Positions 47,560 through 57,920 are shown, counted from the first letter of the stretch. The stretch: 58,924 bases of DNA from a virus (IMGVR_UViG_3300037119_004955:1-58924), one strand, 5' to 3'. Translations and numbers: made by a program. The notes: generated by a model from the sequence alone, not told the origin.

Positions 47560-49709
47560 GAGTACGCAAAAACAAAAGCTACCTCGCTACGCTCGCCCGA
47601 CTCGGCATATCGGTCGAAGATGCTGGCGACGAGCAGTACCGTGGAGTGTGTCCGTTTTGTGGAGACCAGAATAAGGATGATGCGGACCACTTCTACATAC
47701 ACGAAATGAGCGGACAATGGGATTGCAAGAAGTGTGGCGCCAGGGGAAACATGTTCAGCTTTCTTACTAAGCTAGCAGCTAAGTTTCACAGGCAGGTCAC
47801 TGAGACCGAGTGGACATTTCTTTCCAGAAATAGGGGCATCCCTTCCGAGGCGTTCAAGCTTGACGGGATTGGGTTCAACCTCGGCCAATGGTGGTTGCCG
47901 GTAAAGTCCGAAACCGGGATGGTGCGTGATATGCCCCATTGGACCCCAGAAGGGAAGATGATAACGCTTGACGGATGTGAAACTCAGCTGTGGGGAGCAG
48001 AGGAACTCGTCAAGGCTCCAGCCGGTGCCAAGGTTTGGGTGTGCGAAGGTAGATGGGATGGCCCAGTGTGGCGGTGGTTGCTCTGGAAAGCGAACAAGCA
48101 CAAGCATGTAGTGGTGGCGGTGCCGGGTGCCAACACCTTCAAAGACCAGTGGGTTGAATGGTTTAAGAAAAAGTCGGTTATACTGTGTTATGATAACGAC
48201 ACCCCAGGAGACAACGGCGCGGAGCGTGCTGCAGAAAAACTTGAGGGCACCGCTGCTGACATTAAATATCTTTGCTGGCCAGAATCACTACCATCCAAGT
48301 GGGACCTAAGGGATCAAGTAAAGTCTGGGCTCGAGCAGAAGAAATCTCCGCAAGATATATACAGCAGCGTTAACTCAATCGTTCGATCAAAACACAGACG
48401 GGCATCTTCTGGAGAAAAAAAAGCTGATCAAACTATCGGCCCGCCGATATCGTTTGAGAAGCTAATCGAAATGCAATCCAAATGGGTCGAGATGCAACAG
48501 GACCTAAAGGATGGGTGGGCAGTGTCCCTCGCGACTTGTCTTGGCAACGAGGTGTCCGGCGAACCTCTGTGGATATATCTAGTGGGGCCTCCGGCTAGTG
48601 GCAAGACGCTAATACTCCTGTCCCTGCAAACGGCGGAGCGATGCGTGTTCAGGTCAACTATTACCCCAGCTGGTCTGGTATCCGGGTTCAATACTCATCC
48701 TGATCCTAGCCTGCTGCCAAAGCTGGACGGCCGTACTGCCATCTTTAAGGACGGCACCGAACTGCTGGCCATGCATCAGGATGCTCGTCGGGAAGCTTTC
48801 TCAACCTTGCGCGGAGCCTATGACGGATTTGTCAGTAAGAGTTTCGGCAACGGAGTGATCCGCGAATACAAGCTGCACTTCAATATGCTGGTGGGCATAA
48901 CTCCAGCCATCCACGCCGACAATCAGGCCACGATGGGAGAGAGGTTTCTGAAGTTCGAAATACGGGAGGACCTAGCCACGGTCGAGGCTCAGATCCGCGC
49001 CGCTGCCAGCAACCTCACGTATGAGGAAGCCATGAGCGAGGATATGCAGGAAGCGTGCAATCGTTTTCTAAATAGAGAAGTTGATGACAAGAAGCTGCCA
49101 ATGATCAACGAGGATATGATGGACAGGATAGTGGCGCTATCCCGTATGCTGGGAATGCTTCGCGCCAAGGTAGAGAGGACAGCCGGAAGAGATCCTGAGC
49201 TAGCATACCGACCCACGTATGAACTTGGCACCAGAATAGCTAAGCAGATGTGCAAGATGGCTCGGCTCCTTGCTTTCGTGTACGGCTTGGACGCTGTGGA
49301 CGAATCGGTATACAGGGTTATAAAGAAGCTTGCGATTGATTCGTCCATCGGCTACCACATGGACATTGTGCGCAACTATATGAGAGACGGCAACCCAGGT
49401 CGTTCTCTCCCAGAAGTAGCCTCGATGAGCAGGATTCCTATTGATACCTGTAGGGCTAGGTTCAAGGACTTGGAGAGCCTAAACGTTCTGCGCCCGCTCA
49501 CCAGAGAGGAGAGCGCGGCGTATCAGGTAAGTCAACTTGGTCTTGTGCCGGCAAGGTGGAAAGTTTCTCAGCTGGTAGTATCCTTGTGGCAGCGGAGCAT
49601 GGCGAAAGGCGGTCCCAAAACCCCCATCCGACTCAGAAACAATGCCGACGCCAACGGCAGCCACGTAGCCGGTTCCAAGGGGCTAAGGGTCCGAACGGCC
49701 CGCCTTTGA
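47556..49709 (+). CDS. Primase (zinc finger + TOPRIM) fused to MCM-like AAA+ helicase
   Basis: CPFC...CKKC, CEG..D and YDND..G motifs; GPPASGKT, TPAGLVSG, LRGAYDG and ERFL motifs. Confidence 0.85.
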   Translation: MRVRKNKSYLATLARLGISVEDAGDEQYRGVCPFCGDQNKDDADHFYIHEMSGQWDCKKCGARGNMFSFLTKLAAKFHRQVTETEWTFLSRNRGIPSEAFKLDGIGFNLGQWWLPVKSETGMVRDMPHWTPEGKMITLDGCETQLWGAEELVKAPAGAKVWVCEGRWDGPVWRWLLWKANKHKHVVVAVPGANTFKDQWVEWFKKKSVILCYDNDTPGDNGAERAAEKLEGTAADIKYLCWPESLPSKWDLRDQVKSGLEQKKSPQDIYSSVNSIVRSKHRRASSGEKKADQTIGPPISFEKLIEMQSKWVEMQQDLKDGWAVSLATCLGNEVSGEPLWIYLVGPPASGKTLILLSLQTAERCVFRSTITPAGLVSGFNTHPDPSLLPKLDGRTAIFKDGTELLAMHQDARREAFSTLRGAYDGFVSKSFGNGVIREYKLHFNMLVGITPAIHADNQATMGERFLKFEIREDLATVEAQIRAAASNLTYEEAMSEDMQEACNRFLNREVDDKKLPMINEDMMDRIVALSRMLGMLRAKVERTAGRDPELAYRPTYELGTRIAKQMCKMARLLAFVYGLDAVDESVYRVIKKLAIDSSIGYHMDIVRNYMRDGNPGRSLPEVASMSRIPIDTCRARFKDLESLNVLRPLTREESAAYQVSQLGLVPARWKVSQLVVSLWQRSMAKGGPKTPIRLRNNADANGSHVAGSKGLRVRTARL

Positions 49710-49785
49710 CCGGAGAACGTTTATACGCACGCCTGCGGGTTCCGTTAAGGCCTCAAAACGCCCCCACCGGGGTTAGAAAGGGTTT

Positions 49786-50190
49786 ATGAACTCATGGGCT
49801 TATCAGACGCTGCTTCAGGCGGTTGAACCGATGATCGGTCGCGGCTTGTTCATAGTCCTAAACGAGAATGGTAAGCTACTCCGCATGGCGTTCGCCGGGC
49901 ACTCCAATGAACTACGCCGCGAGGGGGAGTTTCCCATGCTAGTGCATCGCCCATGCTCGTTCAGGTTTATCACGCTCGTGATGACCGGGGACACAATCTC
50001 CACATGGTGGCTGGTATCTTCTGGGGAAGAACCACTCGGCTACGCCCATGGAGAACAGTCGCGAGCAGCAGCAGGGTACGCCCGCAAACTGTTTCCATGG
50101 GCGGTAGGCCGAATGGATCTGACAGAGGTTCCGAAGTCTGGAAAGTTCATTAGTAGTAGTCGAAACCACCTGCTACATCCCACCGAATAA
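49786..50190 (+). CDS. Hypothetical protein (last gene of the plus arm)
   Basis: GAAAGG RBS; converges with the late operon. Confidence 0.5.
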   Translation: MNSWAYQTLLQAVEPMIGRGLFIVLNENGKLLRMAFAGHSNELRREGEFPMLVHRPCSFRFITLVMTGDTISTWWLVSSGEEPLGYAHGEQSRAAAGYARKLFPWAVGRMDLTEVPKSGKFISSSRNHLLHPTE

Positions 50191-53125
50191 GAGAGTCTTC
50201 TCCGGCACTGATCCACCCGAACACAGCTTCCTCACCACCGGCTGGATAGTCTGGCCAGTTCGGGCACGCTCCCAAGCTACCGATCTCCCCCACCAGTCTC
50301 TCGAAGAACGAGTCGTCTGGCGCGGACGTCGTGAACAGGCTCCACTTGTTGTCTCCCAGAACTGGGTCCCCCTGACCGTCAAACTCATCATTCGGTCCAG
50401 TTCCGTACGGAGCAGTCTTTAGATACGCCTCGAACGACACCTTCTTCCTTCGGTCTCCTGAGCCGTATGCTATCTTAGCATGCTTCATGCGGCGTTGCAT
50501 CTCGTACAATGCTGCTGGTCCAGAACACGTATGATTCGCATGAGCCTTCTTGTTAAAGGCATAAGGACCGTCTGCAAAGATAACGTGGCTCTGCCCTGCT
50601 AAGAAGTTCGTCGTAGCCTCTGCCATCGCATCGGCATCCGTGTGTGGGTCACAACCACCGCTCGTGTCGGTAATAGGTTCGCGTGCAGTGCCGACGCCGT
50701 GGTTGTCCGGCGTGCTATGCGTAGGCTCCTCTGGAGGATAGATGTTTGGGTCCGGACAGTCCGGCCAGTCCTCGTAGTAGAACGCGCCTCCCGAAGTCTT
50801 CACCAGTTCTTTGAGACTCTGCACGATCTCATCCATCACGTGCTCGCCGAAGTAGTCTCCATTCATGACCCAGCCGTATCTGGTCACGATAGTCGGTGGT
50901 ATTTTGGTCTGGTTTTCTCCAGAAAACTCGCCGGTCGGTTCGATCCAAGATCCGCTGCTTCGTTCCCAGGTGGTCCCCGGTTGTCGTTCCAATACCTCGC
51001 AAGTCCATCCCACATCAACTGTGAAGGCCTGGTCAGCGTAGTAGAATGTGTCGTTGTCGTTGTGCGTGATCGTCACATCGTGCGTGGTAGTTCCGTCGTC
51101 CTCAGTGATGCGCAACGTCCGATTCTTCCAATCATTCAGGATGTGCGCAGGTTCGTAGATGCGGTAAGCCTTACCGTTCGCCGTCGTGCTAAGTGCTTTT
51201 GTCCACGTTAGCGTACCGGAACCGTAAGTGGTGGTTAACACAGGTCGCCGTTCCCATACTCCCGCTGACGTTTCTACCTCCACGATAAAGTTGTTCCACC
51301 TACCGGTCGCGGTATTCCACAGCCCGGTTCCGGCTTTCGTCGAGTCGGACAAGCTGGTCGTGCTGCCCCCGGTGGCTGTACCGGTCTCGGTGCGCAGAAC
51401 CCCTCCAAACAGGTTCAGCGACGAGTCCCTGAAGAACCATATGTCTCCCTCTGTTGCGATACCAGACGGCGTCAACCTGTATCCAGTAAAGAAGGCATCG
51501 CGGTATTCTATATCATCGGTCGGGGTCTCATCTCCCAGAGTAGGGTCCCCGTGATTGTCTCCTCTGTATCTTGCGAAGTCTCCGTTTACAAGAGCAACTG
51601 TATCAGTAATAGTGCCGTGATCGTTGAACTCCGCGTAAGCATTGCTAGCCGCGCGGGTAGTCCACGATCCGGGATCGGTGTCGGTCGGCGGAATGACAAT
51701 GCTGGGTCCGCTAAAGTCTGGGAGGAAGCCGGTCTTTTCGTACATGTATCGGAACTCTCTCGGGATACGTCGCGTGCGTCCGAGAGAGATTGTGATCTGA
51801 TGACCATCATCTGTCGGCTCGAAGTCACTAGATTGGAGTACGGTTGCGCTGGTGAGGGTTGCGGCGCCATCCGCGAGCAGTTCGTTTGTGGTAGCGTTGC
51901 GTATCTCGTACCAACAGGGATGCGGATAGAAGGGTGCAGTCACAGAACCCACGTTGATCTCAGTGCTGCTCACGTAATCCACAGAAGTGACCACGTAGTG
52001 TGCGAGCGAGTTCTTCAAGAGTATCGCGGTGGACAGATGGATGATGTGCTCATAGCCGCTATGGTCTTTGTTCTCGTAGAACGTCCCCGCAAAGATGTCC
52101 ATCCAGGTTTGGCAGAACCGCAACGACTTTGCGACGTTCGGATTCAGGGGCTCGTCGTTCGGAGTATTACACTGATCGTCAAACTCAATCCAAGGGTCCC
52201 GGTCAAAGATAGTGACGACTTCTTCTTCATCGCAAGACTCCCCAGTCAGGATGGTGGTTGTATCTCTGGGGTAAAGAGGTAGTGAACCTATTTCTCCCAG
52301 AAGATCGCCCTCGAGTGGGACATGTGTGGACACGTTGTTTCGCGTCCCTCGATACCATATTTGGGTAGAAGCTTCTCCTCCAGACACTATGTTGGGGCGC
52401 CACTTCTTGAGATGCTCCACTACGACGAAGCTGGCTCCGACGTTCGGAGTCCACGACATAATGTCAAACGTCAGCACGGTAGCGGTATTGCTGATGATCT
52501 GAGCGCGATGCCAGAACCCGTCCGTCCCCACCACCAGTACATCCATGTCTTCGAACTGGTCTGTAGTCCAGGTCTGGGCGGTATCGGTGAGGGTGGACGT
52601 TGTGCCAGAAGTAACCGATCCGTTCCCTTTGATGCTCGGTCCCGGCCATTCTGGCCACCGCGTCAGATAGAAGTCCCCGTTTCGCTTGATGATAGTCGCG
52701 TCCCACCCTACCAGTTCAGAGAGGTCCTCTACGATGCCGAACGCGACGTTATCGCGTATGTCGGAGATAGTCAGAGTGTCGGAAGTATTAGAAGAGATCT
52801 GAGCGCGGATCAAGTCACTGGGATCAGATTCGAAACGGCGGTAGATCACGACGTCATAGTCCGAAGGGTAGTATGCCACGCCATCGTTATCTATCCAGCG
52901 ATCGGTGACCCACGACACTGGTGCTTCGCCGGGCTGTGATTCAAGCTGTAGTGTTGTCGCGGTGACGGCAGCTATCTTTCCACCACTCCAGTGAAAGCAT
53001 GATCTGGGGAAAGACGCCTGACCGATCGCGAATGCCCTCTCGTTCAAGGCATGGTAGATCGTCATTATGTTCGCGTAGGTAAGCGGGTTCCCTGCCGCCG
53101 GATAGATGTCGTCAAAACCTGGCAT
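50150..53125 (-). CDS. Large tail tip/receptor-binding protein
   Basis: 991 aa after tape measure; repeated G.ATGGTT.TL.D...W...beta modules. Confidence 0.65.
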   Translation of the reverse strand: MPGFDDIYPAAGNPLTYANIMTIYHALNERAFAIGQASFPRSCFHWSGGKIAAVTATTLQLESQPGEAPVSWVTDRWIDNDGVAYYPSDYDVVIYRRFESDPSDLIRAQISSNTSDTLTISDIRDNVAFGIVEDLSELVGWDATIIKRNGDFYLTRWPEWPGPSIKGNGSVTSGTTSTLTDTAQTWTTDQFEDMDVLVVGTDGFWHRAQIISNTATVLTFDIMSWTPNVGASFVVVEHLKKWRPNIVSGGEASTQIWYRGTRNNVSTHVPLEGDLLGEIGSLPLYPRDTTTILTGESCDEEEVVTIFDRDPWIEFDDQCNTPNDEPLNPNVAKSLRFCQTWMDIFAGTFYENKDHSGYEHIIHLSTAILLKNSLAHYVVTSVDYVSSTEINVGSVTAPFYPHPCWYEIRNATTNELLADGAATLTSATVLQSSDFEPTDDGHQITISLGRTRRIPREFRYMYEKTGFLPDFSGPSIVIPPTDTDPGSWTTRAASNAYAEFNDHGTITDTVALVNGDFARYRGDNHGDPTLGDETPTDDIEYRDAFFTGYRLTPSGIATEGDIWFFRDSSLNLFGGVLRTETGTATGGSTTSLSDSTKAGTGLWNTATGRWNNFIVEVETSAGVWERRPVLTTTYGSGTLTWTKALSTTANGKAYRIYEPAHILNDWKNRTLRITEDDGTTTHDVTITHNDNDTFYYADQAFTVDVGWTCEVLERQPGTTWERSSGSWIEPTGEFSGENQTKIPPTIVTRYGWVMNGDYFGEHVMDEIVQSLKELVKTSGGAFYYEDWPDCPDPNIYPPEEPTHSTPDNHGVGTAREPITDTSGGCDPHTDADAMAEATTNFLAGQSHVIFADGPYAFNKKAHANHTCSGPAALYEMQRRMKHAKIAYGSGDRRKKVSFEAYLKTAPYGTGPNDEFDGQGDPVLGDNKWSLFTTSAPDDSFFERLVGEIGSLGACPNWPDYPAGGEEAVFGWISAGEDSLIRWDVAGGFDYY

Positions 53126-53128
53126 CGT

Positions 53129-53572
53129 TCAAACCGTCCCGAATCGGAAGAGGTCCCATCCCGGCACATGGTCTTCGACCATCTGGTGTATTTGTCCTTG
53201 TTTCAATCCCATGTCTTCTGCCCCTCCGCCACCTAAAATCAAGAGTAGGTCACCTACTGGGGAAAAACAAGCTAAAGCCTTATCAGTCGAGTCGTCCGGT
53301 GTGCCGAGCCAGATCTCTATCTCTTCTCCGATCAAGTCCCCGTCCAGAGTGTGGACAGTAAACGTTAGCGGGTCTCCGGCGGGGTCACTCAAGTTCACCG
53401 GGAAGGCTCGCCCGCCGGTCATCATGGGCTGCGAAGGCGTGCCGTTAGATTCTGTTTGATAGTTCAGAGCATCTACGATCTCATTAGTCGTGTTCGTGCT
53501 GGCAATTTTGCCGGGAGTCTTTCGGGAAACCAGCTTGCCTACAATCTTGTCTTCTGTCAAGTAGTCGTTCAT
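53129..53572 (-). CDS. Tail protein
   Basis: Position in the tail module. Confidence 0.55.
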   Translation of the reverse strand: MNDYLTEDKIVGKLVSRKTPGKIASTNTTNEIVDALNYQTESNGTPSQPMMTGGRAFPVNLSDPAGDPLTFTVHTLDGDLIGEEIEIWLGTPDDSTDKALACFSPVGDLLLILGGGGAEDMGLKQGQIHQMVEDHVPGWDLFRFGTV

Positions 53573-54402
53573 GCGAATCCAAATAGTGCTTCAAAGTCAG
53601 TTTCCGGGTATGGATCAGCCCTAATGATGCCGTTCGCTATGTGAGTGCCGTAAGAGTACGGAATTGACATAAGCGCGGTTATCAGGTCTGGATCTATGTC
53701 GATGTACTTCCCGGTTATAGTGTTTCTTAGCGTCCCAAACGTGGACCAGCTTTCGAGATTCTTTGTGGCAGCAGTTAACTGCCTGGACCAATATCCAGAA
53801 TACTTGGAATCCTCCGCCTCAGTGCCCTCTGTTCGCCAATACCCTGCCGGCAACCCTTGCCACGTAGCGTCATTTACATAACCAGTAAACTCCCCGGTGG
53901 CGTCTGGTGGGTCGCCGGTATTTAGTACCGTAACCGATATAACTCTCGTCGGCATGCCGAATCCCATAGGAACAACGTCTTCTGGGACGTTCTTAGTGGC
54001 ATCCAGCGGGTCCACGTAAGCGACGGTTAACTTTTCGCGGGTACCCGGCAGGTAGTGGCTAGTAATCTGGGTTATGCCACTTGATCTCCGTATGATGTAG
54101 GCCGAAGGATTGGTTCCCTGAAACGTAGAATACTGCAAAGCGACTCGCACTTGATCTTTGGTTATCGCCAGAATACGACACCGCTGAAAGATCAGTTCCG
54201 GATGCTCGACGTTATACACGGAATTCGGAACGGCATGCCCAGCAGCCTGCAATGCCTCTAACGCTTTGAACATAACTTCCTCGTCTGGACATCCTTCTAC
54301 CTCTATCTGCGTGATCAGACCTGTGCGCACGTAAGCCTGCGACTGCTGGCCGACCACTTCCAGTTCGGTTCCCTCAACGGTATCCATTTTGACGATAGCC
54401 AT
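53569..54402 (-). CDS. Distal tail/hub-like protein
   Basis: Immediately downstream of tape measure. Confidence 0.55.
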   Translation of the reverse strand: MAIVKMDTVEGTELEVVGQQSQAYVRTGLITQIEVEGCPDEEVMFKALEALQAAGHAVPNSVYNVEHPELIFQRCRILAITKDQVRVALQYSTFQGTNPSAYIIRRSSGITQITSHYLPGTREKLTVAYVDPLDATKNVPEDVVPMGFGMPTRVISVTVLNTGDPPDATGEFTGYVNDATWQGLPAGYWRTEGTEAEDSKYSGYWSRQLTAATKNLESWSTFGTLRNTITGKYIDIDPDLITALMSIPYSYGTHIANGIIRADPYPETDFEALFGFA

Positions 54403-56675
54403 TACTCCACCGCTCCCGCTAGCGCGTCTTTGAACCCGTTAGTCAGACCTCTGATTATGTCATCTTTCGCCTTCTCAATCACCGCAATGACCTTGTTCGG
54501 ATCCTGTACATCTCTCACGTTAGTGATAGACTGTCGTCTTGGGTCGAACTCCTCACCGCGGAACGAGAACAGGTATGACCGCTTCAGGTTATCCAGTTCC
54601 AGCATCGAGTTCTCGGCGATAGCCTTACCGATATCCTGTTCGCCCTTGCCGAACTGTATCGCTGCCTTAATGATCCCCCTCGTCCTGATCGTAATTGCTT
54701 CCGCCCCGATCTGATCAAACCTACCGGTAGCGAGTAGTGCTTCCTTCTCACCGGTTAGCTCAACCTTCGTCAGTATGCGGTTATCCTGATACTCCCTCTC
54801 GGCTTGTCTGGCGGCTCGCGCTTCCTGGGATAAAATAGCTACAGCGGCAGGATTGAGCATCGGCACGCCGCCCGGACCAGTCTTCATCAGCGTGTCCAGC
54901 TTAGCTAACTCATTGCGAAAGCCACCGGATAGTTGGGCCATCTCGGCAGCATGGGACATCCTCTTTTCAAGAAAGTCTGATACAGCAGCAGATGTGCGGT
55001 AATTTGACAAACTCTGCGCCGTTTGCGACTGCGTCTGATTGAATGCTTCGTGTACGCCAAGTTCAGCAAGCCTAATCGCCGTGTCACCGGTAGTGGCAGC
55101 GACAGCGACAGCCGCTGGATCAGCGAACCCAATTGCCGGGAGACCGAAAGGCCTCATTCTGCCGACTATCCCACCGCTTTGAATAGCAGCAGACAGTATC
55201 AAATTATCCTTGTTCTGCCTTGCAAGCGTTAAAGCAGCATTGGCCTGAGCAAGGGGGTTAGAAGCATTGGCAGCTATTGTGACTTGCGCTTGCCCAGAAA
55301 GTATCGCCGACACACCCTCTATCTTCATCAGCGATCTATAATTGTTCTCTGCTATGTTGATGTCTTCTTGTCTTCTGCCAACTTGTAGCCGTTCCTTTTC
55401 CAGATCCTGCCTCAAGGTGGCAAGGCGATTTCGGTTAGCGTCAGTATCACCCAACTTTTTCATGACGTTGGTTTTGAAGAAAAGAACGCCAGGTACCCCA
55501 GTAGGAACTGCAGTCTCCTGATTCATTAACGTCTCTAATTCCATTATCGACTGATTAAAAGCGTCCTCCTTTACGGAAAATTCTCCGGCTACCGTGCGGC
55601 GAGCAGATTCAAACTGGTAAATACCTTGAGTTGGTACCACTGCCGCCGAACCAGCGGCGGTCAAAGCGATACGTGAAGCGCGCCTCTCCTTCTGGGAATT
55701 AAGCAGTGCTATCGTACCCATACTTTGATTAGTTATTGATGCGGGGCCTAACTCAGCCAAGTCAGCCAGAAATCCGAGTCCTCCGCCAATGACACCAGAA
55801 AACTGCGATTGCATTCCCCTTTGGCTAGCCTCAAGATACTCCACCATGGTGGTCGCTTGAGCCATTTCGGCGCGCTCGCGCCCCTGGGCCATGCTAATCT
55901 GTCCAGCCTCCCAAAGTCCGAACATGACGCTGTACACCCCGGACATTCCAATCCCTAAGCCGCCGGACCCTCCTCTGCCTGCTCCGCCAGCTGGAGGTCT
56001 CCCCATTCCCCACCATGGGGGAAACCCTCCTCCCATACCTCCTCCCCGGTTGCCGTGCCAAGGCGGAGGAGGGCGTCTTACTCCGGTACCTCCTGGCCCA
56101 GGCAACATTCGCTGCGCAGGGCCAGTCCAAGTACTAAACGTTGATATTACCTCCCCCTCAAAGAAGTCTTCGTTTCCTCCGCCCATCGGCGGTGGCGGTG
56201 GTAGGAATCTTCCTCCCCCACCTGCTCCTCCCCTTCCACCTCCGCCTCCCGGTAAAGGTAGGAACATTCCCCCTCCGCCGCCACCTACTGCGGCAGCGGC
56301 GTACTGAGCATTGCTCAAACCGCCGGATGACATAGCGGCGACGTAAGGGGCAAGGGGGAAATCCGCAGCAGAGAGTGCGGAGTATCTTGCGTCGGAGGCA
56401 GCAACAAACTGCCCAGATGACCCCCGCCATCTTCCGGCGTTTGTATCGAGAGTATAAGTGGACCCGGAACGGGTTATAGCCGCCGTCAAGCGATCCATAG
56501 AGTTCGCGAGGCGATCCACCCCCATGGACGTGCCGATGCGGCCAGAACCCCCTGGCTCGCTGCCAAAGGTCATGCCAGCCTGTCCGCGCGCCTCTCTGGC
56601 AGCAGCTTGAGCGTCGAACTCGGTCCAGTCTCCCCGGACTCGGAACGTTAGAGGTTCGTCTCCAGCTTCACTCAT
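54402..56675 (-). CDS. Tape measure protein
   Basis: 757 aa, Ala/Gly-rich and helical, after the chaperone pair. Confidence 0.7.
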   Translation of the reverse strand: MSEAGDEPLTFRVRGDWTEFDAQAAAREARGQAGMTFGSEPGGSGRIGTSMGVDRLANSMDRLTAAITRSGSTYTLDTNAGRWRGSSGQFVAASDARYSALSAADFPLAPYVAAMSSGGLSNAQYAAAAVGGGGGGMFLPLPGGGGGRGGAGGGGRFLPPPPPMGGGNEDFFEGEVISTFSTWTGPAQRMLPGPGGTGVRRPPPPWHGNRGGGMGGGFPPWWGMGRPPAGGAGRGGSGGLGIGMSGVYSVMFGLWEAGQISMAQGRERAEMAQATTMVEYLEASQRGMQSQFSGVIGGGLGFLADLAELGPASITNQSMGTIALLNSQKERRASRIALTAAGSAAVVPTQGIYQFESARRTVAGEFSVKEDAFNQSIMELETLMNQETAVPTGVPGVLFFKTNVMKKLGDTDANRNRLATLRQDLEKERLQVGRRQEDINIAENNYRSLMKIEGVSAILSGQAQVTIAANASNPLAQANAALTLARQNKDNLILSAAIQSGGIVGRMRPFGLPAIGFADPAAVAVAATTGDTAIRLAELGVHEAFNQTQSQTAQSLSNYRTSAAVSDFLEKRMSHAAEMAQLSGGFRNELAKLDTLMKTGPGGVPMLNPAAVAILSQEARAARQAEREYQDNRILTKVELTGEKEALLATGRFDQIGAEAITIRTRGIIKAAIQFGKGEQDIGKAIAENSMLELDNLKRSYLFSFRGEEFDPRRQSITNVRDVQDPNKVIAVIEKAKDDIIRGLTNGFKDALAGAVE

Positions 56676-56868
56676 ACGGAATCAACCAATCTGCGTAGTA
56701 AGTTTTGAACCGTTTCATGAAGAACAACTTCAAACGTTCGGACTCAGCTTCTACCTCCTCTTTAATATGATCGTCGTGTCCAAGCTTCCAAGCGCGATTG
56801 ACTGGCAAAGCATGCATCAGTCTTTCAAACATCGCTATGGTGAAGCGACCAGCTGGGCCATATACCAT
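56668..56868 (-). CDS. Tail assembly chaperone, second part (gpT-like)
   Basis: Lies in the -1 frame relative to the upstream chaperone, before tape measure. Confidence 0.5.
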   Translation of the reverse strand: MVYGPAGRFTIAMFERLMHALPVNRAWKLGHDDHIKEEVEAESERLKLFFMKRFKTYYADWLIPYE

Positions 56869-56912
56869 TTCGAACGTGGCAAGGGTGGTGGCCCAGTCTT
56901 CTGAACGAGCAG

Positions 56913-57431
56913 CTAGGTGCCTCCTCCTGGCTGCTTCGTAGGGTCCTGTTCCGGCTCCCTGTCCTTGTTACGCGGATTCGTTTCGGATCGGTCGTCCATG
57001 TCGGCGAGTGCCCACGCGAGGCTTAGCACCCTACCGATACTATTGCCTGAGGTCAGCATCTTGTCAATCACTCCATCTTCAAGCGGAACATCCTTCCCCA
57101 TCGGTCCCACCCACTTCGCTTTCTTGAACTGTTTGGAACACACTGACTTCGCTCCGCCCGGTGCCAGCAAATACTTCTTGATGGAGTGGTAGTCCGGCGG
57201 ATCCTGCGGATAAAGAGTGAGGTACTCCCTCTTCTGAGCATCATTCAACCCGGCAGTCACCGTGGTAACTCTTTTCTCCAGAAGATCGTTCCCCAGCGAG
57301 TCAAGATCGTCGATGGTAAGTTTTGGTACTTCGTACGTTCCGACGCCTTCGATATCTACAACCAGCGGAGCCATTCGAGCCTGAAGATAATGCATGGGTC
57401 TTTCCTTTTCAAACGTGGACGGGGTGAGCAT
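56913..57431 (-). CDS. Tail assembly chaperone (gpG-like)
   Basis: Between tail tube and tape measure; ends DPT. Confidence 0.65.
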   Translation of the reverse strand: MLTPSTFEKERPMHYLQARMAPLVVDIEGVGTYEVPKLTIDDLDSLGNDLLEKRVTTVTAGLNDAQKREYLTLYPQDPPDYHSIKKYLLAPGGAKSVCSKQFKKAKWVGPMGKDVPLEDGVIDKMLTSGNSIGRVLSLAWALADMDDRSETNPRNKDREPEQDPTKQPGGGT

Positions 57432-57473
57432 CTTCTGGAGAAAAACAATAACCGTGTCCGATCGACCGACTGT

Positions 57474-57920
57474 CTACGGCGGAGGCGTGCGGTCCCAGGT
57501 GACTACGTACGCGCCTTTGCTTAGGAACCTTGCGGAGATACGCATGTTCTGACCGGCAATCCTGATGGCCGATGCTTCGGTGAAGTTTGCATCCAGGGCG
57601 ATAGTGCAGCCGGTGTGGTACGTGAGTAGGAGTGCGACGCCTTGCGGTGCCGGGATAAGAGGCCCTGATGACGGCCCATCAAACTTGCCGAGTCCGCTGG
57701 CACTGCCCACAAGCTGCGAGCGTCCAGGTTCCTGATCCGCGCTACCCTCATTGCAGAAGGTATCGGCGCGAGTCATCTCGGTGAGTTCGGTGACGTCGAA
57801 GGCATCGAGGATACACTTGTAAGAGTGAATCTCTACGCCGTCGTCGATTGTGAAATCGGCGGTGCCGCTCTTCCCAGTGATGGTTTGCGACGTGGTGTCT
57901 GGTACTAGCGTGCCGGGCAT
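57474..57920 (-). CDS. Major tail tube protein
   Basis: 148 aa; ITGKSG...D.T..C....PG...GS.SG tube-like pattern; AAGGAG RBS. Confidence 0.7.
   Translation of the reverse strand: MPGTLVPDTTSQTITGKSGTADFTIDDGVEIHSYKCILDAFDVTELTEMTRADTFCNEGSADQEPGRSQLVGSASGLGKFDGPSSGPLIPAPQGVALLLTYHTGCTIALDANFTEASAIRIAGQNMRISARFLSKGAYVVTWDRTPPP

Noticed and set aside
50150-53125. Diversity-generating retroelement target
   Set aside because: No reverse transcriptase and no TR/VR repeat pair noticed
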